Virus record (IMG/VR): IMGVR_UViG_3300037046_000323
Span: 1 to 36,611 of that record
DNA: 36,611 nt
Source of the DNA: a virus
Lineage: Duplodnaviria; Caudoviricetes
Strand: one strand, 5' to 3'
Below, piece by piece: positions 27,603 through 34,661 of the stretch. The notes below the pieces were generated by a model that was not told where the DNA came from, did no database searches, and worked only from the letters and a program-made list of their open reading frames with translations. The position numbers were made by a program, and so were the translations under genes. How positions within the stretch are numbered: position 1 is the stretch's first letter; every line of letters starts with the position of its first letter.

Positions 27603-28052
27603 TTATCCGTTACGAATACGCAGGTAATCAGCTAAATCCAGTACAATAGCCTGGAACTGCTTGAGTAAGGTTTCATAGCCTTTCTCGACCATGAAGTCAG
27701 TGGTTTGATCTAAAAACTTTACGATGTAATCATTGAGTTCCTTGGCAGGTTCGTCATCCTTCTGGTTCTGCTTAATCAGAGAGACTAAAGACTGCAGAGC
27801 GGTATCAGCCGGGTTCTTGGCATATTCCCTCAAGGCTTGAATCAGAGCCCTCTTTCTGGCGGTTCTGATCTCGGCATCGAGCTTACGTTCTTCCTTGAAT
27901 AGGCTATCCCAATTACCCGACTTGATCCACTTGCGGACGGTTATCTCTGACACACCAAAGATCACTGCCAGTTCGGAGATATTGGTCTTACCGTTCAGGT
28001 AAGTTTCCTTGCAGTTATCCTTCTTGATGCGGAATTCTTTGTCGTTACTCAT
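27603..28052 (-). CDS. Putative terminase small subunit (N-terminal HTH)
   Basis: ISELAVIFGVSEITVRKWIKSGNW, directly upstream of TerL. Confidence 0.75.
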   Translation of the reverse strand: MSNDKEFRIKKDNCKETYLNGKTNISELAVIFGVSEITVRKWIKSGNWDSLFKEERKLDAEIRTARKRALIQALREYAKNPADTALQSLVSLIKQNQKDDEPAKELNDYIVKFLDQTTDFMVEKGYETLLKQFQAIVLDLADYLRIRNG

Positions 28053-28299
28053 TATGGGGTTGAACCCTTTGTGCCTGCAAATATTTATTAATATCTCTGC
28101 CGAAACAGCGCAGTTGACCTTGTTCTTTGGTGCGGTAAGCTGGCAGAGGGTTGAAAACCTTCCTGATTAAGCGATAGATAGTGGAGCGATCCACATTCAG
28201 CTTTTCAGCTATCTCATCAGGTCGGTAACCCCTGTCTTCTTGAAACAGGTTCATAGGTTCAACTATCATTTCAGCAATGTTGTTTCTCATGTTATCCAT
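28045..28299 (-). CDS. Small HTH protein, candidate late-gene regulator
   Basis: YRPDEIAEKLNVDRSTIYRLI; RBS GAGGAG; occupies the Mor/C-like position. Confidence 0.75.
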   Translation of the reverse strand: MDNMRNNIAEMIVEPMNLFQEDRGYRPDEIAEKLNVDRSTIYRLIRKVFNPLPAYRTKEQGQLRCFGRDINKYLQAQRVQPHNE

Positions 28300-28317
28300 A
28301 TATTTATCTCCTCTCAG

Positions 28318-28355
28318 GTTGACAAATACGCTTGCCTTAAGTTGCCACAGTATTT
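28318..28355 (-). promoter_or_regulatory. Conserved 38-bp late-operon regulatory motif, copy 2
   Basis: GTTGACAAATACGCTTGCCTTAAGTTGCCACAGTATTT. Confidence 0.75.
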
Positions 28356-28365
28356 CACAACTTAC

Positions 28366-28995
28366 TTACAGAGCGCTGAAGTTGAGGATGATCTGCTGGT
28401 AGTTGCCGGCTACATCCCGTTCATAAAAAGCGACATATTGCTTGGTGGATGTGACGTTAATAGCCTGGTCGATCAATTCCATTGCTTCCTTCCAGGTCGG
28501 GTCTTTGATGTTATACCTTCTCAGTCCCAGGATGCGATACTTGGCTATTTCGCCTTTCTTATCTACCTGGAAAGCTTCATTGATGATGGCTCTGAGGTTG
28601 ATATTGGAGTCGGTTGTCCACTCCTTCAGGCATTCATCAATCTTCTGCTTGGCAAGCTGCAGCTCCACTCCGAACTGGATGCGTTCTTTGAAACGTATTT
28701 CCACCTTGTACTGCTCGTCAAAGCTGAGCAGGATGGCATTACCCTTCCAATGCAGACCATGTTTCTCGGCCATGAACTCCAAATAGCCTTCAAGTTCCTG
28801 AAAGAGCTTTTCCTTATCGCTTTTGATGCGGTTGTGCAAGCTCTTGACCCTGTCTAATGTCTTGCGGATAACTACGTCCTGCTTGAGGATTTCAGGTCTG
28901 ACCATGCGTAGGGGTATTTCCCTGCCACGTGAATCGGTCTTAGTGCGCTCTACAGTCCCTTTACTTTTTCGTGTCTTGTCTTGGTTCGTTTCCAT
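28366..28995 (-). CDS. DUF3164-like protein of Mu-like phages
   Basis: DSRGREIP, AKQKIDECL, AFQVDKKG, WKEAMELI, I.LNFSAL pattern. Confidence 0.78.
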   Translation of the reverse strand: METNQDKTRKSKGTVERTKTDSRGREIPLRMVRPEILKQDVVIRKTLDRVKSLHNRIKSDKEKLFQELEGYLEFMAEKHGLHWKGNAILLSFDEQYKVEIRFKERIQFGVELQLAKQKIDECLKEWTTDSNINLRAIINEAFQVDKKGEIAKYRILGLRRYNIKDPTWKEAMELIDQAINVTSTKQYVAFYERDVAGNYQQIILNFSAL

Positions 28996-29413
28996 GCGAA
29001 ACCTCCTTATTATTTATCTTTGAGTTGTGATTAGCTTTATTTATGTAGTTCTGGAACATAGCGATAACGGCTTTGCGTTCAGAGGGACTGAGCAGATTCC
29101 AGTGGCTTTTCTTGTAGTGCTTGATTAGGAAGGCACGCAGATCTGAGTCGGTCCAGTGTGCCTGTTTCATCAGCGAGAACATATACAGACCTTGCTTATC
29201 GTATGTATAGACATTGGGTCGACCATGCTTGCGGTAGTTCAACATGATTGTTTTCAGCTCCAGGAGACGATCTTCAGGTAAAGCCCGCAGTGAGTCTCCA
29301 AAGCCGAGAACAGTCATCATGTACTTAAAGCCGGCAAGTGGCCAGCCGTATTTCTTGATGCGAAGAGCATGTATTTCCTGCCGTAGTTTACGTTCCCGTT
29401 CATCCTGTATCAT
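28961..29413 (-). CDS. GemA/gp16-like early protein
   Basis: 150 aa with two similar helical halves; position among Mu-like early genes. Confidence 0.5.
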   Translation of the reverse strand: MIQDERERKLRQEIHALRIKKYGWPLAGFKYMMTVLGFGDSLRALPEDRLLELKTIMLNYRKHGRPNVYTYDKQGLYMFSLMKQAHWTDSDLRAFLIKHYKKSHWNLLSPSERKAVIAMFQNYINKANHNSKINNKEVSHGNEPRQDTKK

Positions 29414-29445
29414 AGTAATACCCTCGTTATTATAAGACTTATGTT

Positions 29446-29949
29446 TTAAACTAGAACTCGCACCAGACCAATGCGGTTCAGACTGCGTAATGTTCCTAGG
29501 ATGCCCTTCTGGACCTTGGTGCCGATCTTATACAGTTGCTTGCGGTTGATCACCACATAGCGGCTGTTGCGGTAATCCACCACTCCGATGGAGGCTAAGG
29601 CTTCCAGATAGATATATACCCACTGCCTGGATTTACCGATGGTTTGGGCTATGGGTCGGATACCGGAATATCTGTTTTGCTCGATGATGTTTAAGAGTTG
29701 ATTGGCATCTGTAATATTAAAGACCCAGTTCCGATAGTGGGGAGTGCCTAACTTCTGATTATAGCGGTGACCTCTGACGAAGATCTCCTCTGTTTCGGAG
29801 ATGCGCTTGATCTCACCAGCTTTCAGAAACTCAGGGAGCAGAGACTTAACCTCAGCTTGATTAATATCGATCAGATTAGCTGCTACTTCCACCGTAAAAG
29901 GCTTGTGATAGAGACTGATAAAGTTCTGCAGCAACTCCCGGCTGGTCAT
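29446..29949 (-). CDS. HTH-containing early protein
   Basis: IRPIAQTIGKSRQWVYIYL HTH-like segment. Confidence 0.6.
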   Translation of the reverse strand: MTSRELLQNFISLYHKPFTVEVAANLIDINQAEVKSLLPEFLKAGEIKRISETEEIFVRGHRYNQKLGTPHYRNWVFNITDANQLLNIIEQNRYSGIRPIAQTIGKSRQWVYIYLEALASIGVVDYRNSRYVVINRKQLYKIGTKVQKGILGTLRSLNRIGLVRVLV

Positions 29950-30668
29950 GCTGTCCTCAGCTTTTCAATGTCTAGTCTGCTTACCTTGGTCAGTCCTTGC
30001 TTCAGAGCTCTGTCTTCGATCATGCGCATCAGTTTCATGACTAACCTGAGGTTGCCTGTGGAGTGAAAGTGGACATAAGTAACTAAGTCACTTTCAACTT
30101 GAACACCCAATACACTGTTCATCAACTGGATGACATCCTGCCTGGTGACCGGCTTGAACTCATAAAAGGCATTACATCTGTCGAAGTAATACTCGTTAAT
30201 CTGTGCTAGTCGGTCTTTGGCATTCTGCATCCCGACCAGGATGACGATGGATAAAGTCTCATCCACGATATCCCGTATAGCTCCCAAGAGTTGTGGATAC
30301 CTGAAGGCATAATCGATCTCATCTATAACGATGATGGTATTCTCATGGTCTTCCAGGATACTCAGGCATTGCTTATACAGTCCGTTGGCAGTACCATAGG
30401 GTATGTACTCTCCCAGACCGAATCTACGGTATAAAGCGGTTAAAAGTTCAGTGGCGAAGGACTTGGGTGTGGTGGTGGCTTCCAGTCTCAGGTAGAGATA
30501 ACCCCGACTGAAGGCCACTCGTTTGGCATAGGTGGTCTTACCCAGTCCGGGTTTGCCATAGATCAGACCCAGTCCCACCATCTCCATCTTGGGTCTGTTT
30601 ACCAGGTAGTCGATACATTTATCGGCTTGGATTACATTGCTGGTTCTAACTAAAGTTCCTTGTTTCAT
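29946..30668 (-). CDS. MuB-like AAA+ transposition ATPase
   Basis: GKPGLGKT, IVIDEID, ILVGM, GNLR; follows transposase. Confidence 0.92.
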   Translation of the reverse strand: MKQGTLVRTSNVIQADKCIDYLVNRPKMEMVGLGLIYGKPGLGKTTYAKRVAFSRGYLYLRLEATTTPKSFATELLTALYRRFGLGEYIPYGTANGLYKQCLSILEDHENTIIVIDEIDYAFRYPQLLGAIRDIVDETLSIVILVGMQNAKDRLAQINEYYFDRCNAFYEFKPVTRQDVIQLMNSVLGVQVESDLVTYVHFHSTGNLRLVMKLMRMIEDRALKQGLTKVSRLDIEKLRTA

Positions 30669-30679
30669 GATTATCTCCT

Positions 30680-32785
30680 TTATTTTATGCCTATGATGTT
30701 CAGCATCTCGGCAAAGCTGGTGGTCTCACTTAAGCTACCTTCAGGTGTTAAATCATCATCTTCGTAGTTGCTTAACTCAGCAGTTGGTTCTATTGGTTGG
30801 ATATCCGGTTCATCCTGGTGGTCTGGTATATCTGCCATGATGATCTGCTCTATCCGCTCCATCTCAGCTTCCGGTGATTTACTCTTATCCGGAGCTGCGA
30901 TCAGAGGAGGATGCTTGAAGGTGGGATTATCTTCCAGGAGAGTGGATGCCACCGACTCCAGCGGTCTGACCAGTTCATCCACCACATCCTTGGAGGTTTT
31001 GATAATCTGCTTGGTAGAGGACTCTGTATCCCGTTGCATCTTCTTGATCTGATTGTATTCCTTAGCCAGTTCCTTGTGAGCCTTGGGTTTATCCATAGCC
31101 AGTTGGATGAAGGGATGCTGGGTCTGTCTAATCTCTGCCTGGCAGATGAACTTGTCATGCTGGTCATAGACTAATATCCACCGGGCATCGTTATAGTCGT
31201 AGCGGATGATCACCGGGTTGCCAATCTGATCAACTAGGGCTCTGTCCCAATACAACTTATGGTCTAATCTGATCCCTTCGCTCCTGACTCTTTTCCGTTC
31301 AGCAATCAGCATCAGGAAGTTCAGACTGCTGGCATCGACCAGTCTGTCTCCTGGTAAGGGAGCGGAACTAAATACCTGCCAGGGAGTCCTGCCACTTAGC
31401 CCCAGATGAGGAGATTCACCATAATAATACCTTATATAGAAGGCGATCATCTGAATAGCTTCCTCGACTGTAGGCGGTGTACAGGTAAACAGCTTCTGAG
31501 CCCATTTCTCATTCCGCATCAGAGTGGCAGGCTTATCGTCTATGCTGGCACCCCTAAAGGTGGACATGAAGCGTTCAAACTGCTCCTGCATGGTCTTAAA
31601 GAACCGTTCAATCACCTTGGCTTTGGCATTATAACTCTCGGCAAAGGCGACCCCGATATTGAGTCGGGGGAAGATCCCACCCAGTTCCTGGGAGAGGTCA
31701 TGCTTTTCCCACTTCTCATTGAATAGCTTTGATTTGAAGGCTTTGCCATTATCGAGATAGACATATTGGGGTAAGGCTCCCCAGTTCAGGAAGCCGTTTC
31801 TAAAGGCGGTCAGGATATGCTGGCTGTCTTCTGTCACAGCGAGGGAAGCTCCCACCGGATATCTGCTTGCCCAGTCCAGGATAAGGATCAAGGTCATGCG
31901 TACCGGTTTGCCGGTGGTAGGGTGGATGATATCAAAGGCTAAGGTATGTCCATCAGCCACCCAAACATCCCCGACATTGAGCACAGAGTCGTCTCTGAGG
32001 ATGGTCTTGATGATCTTCTCGGCTACGAATTTACTGCCGTGCCTGGCTTGTGCCCATTCAGCAGGATGCTCAGCCACCCAATTCTTGATCCAACGTTTCA
32101 GGGTTGGAATACTGGAGGGTGATTCGCAGCAGTTTAATCTGGCAGCATTCTTGAGACTGGTGATGGCAGAACCTATCTTAACCCGGTTGGGAGTCAGCAG
32201 AGCGTTTAACAGGAAGTTCTGCTCCACGTAGGTTATTTTATGACCCCGTTGCTTATCTTTACCCCTATGCAGCAGAGCATACATGTCCTGGTTATGCTCC
32301 TGATAGCGTTCCACCCAGATCCTAAGTGATCGTTCACTCCGGTTACCCAGTCGGTCATATAACAGGGGCACCAGTCTGCGGTTGTTATAGTCTTCGGTAA
32401 TCAGTTGCCACTCTAAGAGCTTGGAATCGCATTGGTTCAATCTATCCTGTACCAGAGTGCAGAATAACCCGAATAGTTTAGCTTCTTTATCGTGTTTATT
32501 GGAGATCTTGTCTTTGGGAGTAAGGTCGAGACGTTTTTCTGGATTCCTTACCTTATATATATAAGAGGGAACTTCCGGAGTAGAGTAGTCGGTATCAACC
32601 TCATTATCGGATACCGGGTTAACCTCCTCCGTCTTAGCCGGAAGTTCCGCTTTTTTACTTGTCTGCCTGAGCAGTTGTTGGGTAGTTGGTATATTAGGAC
32701 AGGTATTGCCATTGGGTTTACGGTCAGGATACAGGTTATAGTAAAACTCGGCATACTCTTCGACGGTCATATCATATACTGACAT
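30680..32785 (-). CDS. MuA-like DDE transposase
   Basis: WVADGH, YLDNGKAF, AKVIERFF catalytic motifs; Mu-type C-terminal domain. Confidence 0.95.
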   Translation of the reverse strand: MSVYDMTVEEYAEFYYNLYPDRKPNGNTCPNIPTTQQLLRQTSKKAELPAKTEEVNPVSDNEVDTDYSTPEVPSYIYKVRNPEKRLDLTPKDKISNKHDKEAKLFGLFCTLVQDRLNQCDSKLLEWQLITEDYNNRRLVPLLYDRLGNRSERSLRIWVERYQEHNQDMYALLHRGKDKQRGHKITYVEQNFLLNALLTPNRVKIGSAITSLKNAARLNCCESPSSIPTLKRWIKNWVAEHPAEWAQARHGSKFVAEKIIKTILRDDSVLNVGDVWVADGHTLAFDIIHPTTGKPVRMTLILILDWASRYPVGASLAVTEDSQHILTAFRNGFLNWGALPQYVYLDNGKAFKSKLFNEKWEKHDLSQELGGIFPRLNIGVAFAESYNAKAKVIERFFKTMQEQFERFMSTFRGASIDDKPATLMRNEKWAQKLFTCTPPTVEEAIQMIAFYIRYYYGESPHLGLSGRTPWQVFSSAPLPGDRLVDASSLNFLMLIAERKRVRSEGIRLDHKLYWDRALVDQIGNPVIIRYDYNDARWILVYDQHDKFICQAEIRQTQHPFIQLAMDKPKAHKELAKEYNQIKKMQRDTESSTKQIIKTSKDVVDELVRPLESVASTLLEDNPTFKHPPLIAAPDKSKSPEAEMERIEQIIMADIPDHQDEPDIQPIEPTAELSNYEDDDLTPEGSLSETTSFAEMLNIIGIK

Positions 32786-33362
32786 CCTCGCCTCCCTGCC
32801 TCTGCCTATAGGTCCAGACTAAAGCGCTGTTCCTCAGATTTCCTTCAATTTCCAGAGCTGTCTCGATGACCTCATCCGGCTCCATGTCCCTGAGCCGGCA
32901 AGCTCCCAGTTCCAACTGCAGCATTTCCGGGTCAGTCAGAACGAAGGTCTTATATACCTTGCGCTGTCCTACCTTAATTAAATGCTTGCAGGTCTGGATC
33001 TGGTGGGTAGTTATATACCTCCAAACCGTTCGTTCGCTGCAGCCCTTAAGCTCAGCTACTCTGTCCAGACTTAGCCAGATCGCTTTTACTATTCTTTTTG
33101 ACATCCTTAGTCTCTCTACATAGTTTCCACTGATGACAGCCGTCGCTGTGACAAAACCTGACCGGTGTCGTGTCACACCGAGCAGTTTTAGCTCTGTCAC
33201 ACCGAGTATCCGCTTGTCACACCGATAACTCGTTTTTACTATTACGTTTAACCCCGTTTTATCCCGTTTGGGCGTCGGTGTGACATTTGTCACACCGAGC
33301 AAGTTGTCACACCGAGCAGTTTTTTCAACCCCTCGGCAAGCTCGGTAAGTCTGCGCTTTCAC
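32772..33362 (-). CDS. HTH DNA-binding protein upstream of transposase (Ner / MuA I-alpha-like)
   Basis: WLSLDRVAELKGCSERTVWRYI; GTG 33362 has strong RBS AAGGGAGGT; alternative ATG 33104. Confidence 0.65.
   Translation of the reverse strand: MKAQTYRACRGVEKTARCDNLLGVTNVTPTPKRDKTGLNVIVKTSYRCDKRILGVTELKLLGVTRHRSGFVTATAVISGNYVERLRMSKRIVKAIWLSLDRVAELKGCSERTVWRYITTHQIQTCKHLIKVGQRKVYKTFVLTDPEMLQLELGACRLRDMEPDEVIETALEIEGNLRNSALVWTYRQRQGGEDVSI
33144..33314. repeat. Cluster of TGTCACACCG sites (putative enhancer/operator)
   Basis: Direct copies at 33171, 33195, 33215, 33288, 33305; inverted at 33276; inverted variant at 33144. Confidence 0.88.
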
Positions 33363-33508
33363 AAGCACCTCCCTTAAGTTTATAGGGGAGCTACTTACCT
33401 GCTTTGCAATAACTTGGGAAGTCCTTTCTGCGACTATTGACACTTTGTTGAAACTTTCCCAACCCGCCGGAATAATCCATCGGCAAATCACACTATTCAT
33501 TAAAATGC

Positions 33509-33537
33509 TTGACACAACTAATTAGCAGATTTATGTT
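33509..33537 (+). promoter_or_regulatory. Repressor promoter
   Basis: TTGACA-17-TATGTT. Confidence 0.7.
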
Positions 33538-33549
33538 GTGCACGGTTGC

Positions 33550-33578
33550 ATTATGTTGCCCATTCGGGTAATTGTCAA
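33550..33578 (-). promoter_or_regulatory. Early lytic promoter
   Basis: TTGACA (33578-33573)-17-CATAAT (33555-33550) on the minus strand. Confidence 0.75.
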
Positions 33579-33605
33579 TAGTAATATTTCCGTAAGGGAG
33601 GTAAA

Positions 33606-34334
33606 ATGGCAACTTACAATGTCGGTCAAAGGCTCGAACTCTTGATTAAATCTATGAATAAGAGACAGGGCGAATTTGCTAAAGATTTCGGGATTTCCAA
33701 TAATTCCATGATCCGTTACAAGAATAATGAGCGTCTGCCGGAACCCGAATTTATGTATCGCCTGGGGCAGGCAAAGGTCAATTTGAACTGGCTTTTAAAT
33801 GGTGAAGGCAGTATGTATCTTACCCCTCCCTGGGAGATCAAGCTGGAACCCAAACGGGGCAGAAAGCCGGACGAAAAGAAGGAAGCCGGAAAGCTAACTG
33901 ACAGTATAGATGATGCTTACCTGAGAACGAATTATTTGCCGGTCTCGGCGGATATTTCCGCCGGAGACCCTCTTCCAGTGCCCGAAGATTTTGATTTTAC
34001 CGAACATATTGAAATACCAAAGAGTTATCTCAAAGATAAGGATGCTCAGTACATCGCTTTTAAGGTAAACGGCAAGAGCATGGAGCCGGCGATCCAGCAC
34101 AACGATATAGTGGTCATCAAGCGTTGTTATGACTGGGAGGGTACCGATGGGATGGTCTGTGCGGTCAGATTCGAGGGCGCAATCACTCTAAAGCGTGTAC
34201 AGTTTGTTACCAAAAGGCAGGAGATCATCCTCCAACCCCTCAATTCAGACTTCCGTGCCTTAGTTTTAGACTCGGTTCAGAGTGAGTCGCTTTCTCTCAT
34301 CGGCACAATCTCCATCCTGTTGCGGTTTTGCTGA
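33606..34334 (+). CDS. CI/LexA-like repressor (XRE HTH plus S24 peptidase)
   Basis: N-terminal HTH, VNLNWLLNGEG, SAG cleavage site, GKSMEP serine, TLKR lysine. Confidence 0.93.
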   Translation: MATYNVGQRLELLIKSMNKRQGEFAKDFGISNNSMIRYKNNERLPEPEFMYRLGQAKVNLNWLLNGEGSMYLTPPWEIKLEPKRGRKPDEKKEAGKLTDSIDDAYLRTNYLPVSADISAGDPLPVPEDFDFTEHIEIPKSYLKDKDAQYIAFKVNGKSMEPAIQHNDIVVIKRCYDWEGTDGMVCAVRFEGAITLKRVQFVTKRQEIILQPLNSDFRALVLDSVQSESLSLIGTISILLRFC

Positions 34335-34364
34335 TTCGATCTATTTCACTGTAAAACAGAGAGT

Positions 34365-34544
34365 TCCAAATATAGTCCAAATCAAGCGCTAATTTGCAGA
34401 ACATGTGATCCAAACTAGTCCAAATAAGTCCAAACGTCGGTGTGACAGAGTCTAAAACCAGTCCTATCTATCTCTCAATAAATCAAAGCTTTGGCTCGGT
34501 GTGACACGCTGACCCTTTATTGCAGCTTTGGGTGACTCTTAGTA
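34365..34544 (-). repeat. Prophage end (repressor side) with inverted transposase-binding sites
   Basis: Reverse complements AAGAGTCACCCAAAGCTGCAA 34520-34540 and GGATCACATGTTCTGCAAA 34393-34411; CGGTGTGACA at 34438 and 34497; TCCAAA x5. Confidence 0.82.
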
Positions 34545-34549
34545 GTATT
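34545..34549 (+). repeat. 5-bp target-site duplication, right copy (GTATT)
   Basis: Identical to 299..303. Confidence 0.75.
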
Positions 34550-34661
34550 TTTCTAAGAATTAGACAAAAATATACTTGTGGAGATTTATTTTTTTGTTAA
34601 ACAATAAAAACGAGTTATAATATTCCTAAGCCAATAATTATTAGCAAAAGATGGAGAGATT

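Larger units (their letters stand above)
304..34544 (-). mobile_element. Mu-like transposable prophage (siphovirus-type tail), apparently complete
   Basis: DDE transposase, MuB ATPase, repressor, terminase, head and tail genes. Inverted termini 308..328 and 34520..34540 match 18/21. GTATT is duplicated at 299..303 and 34545..34549. Confidence 0.93.

Noticed and set aside
33363-33515. N-terminal part of the 247-aa ORF
   Set aside because: It overlaps the promoter region and has no RBS; the strong RBS precedes GTG 33362.
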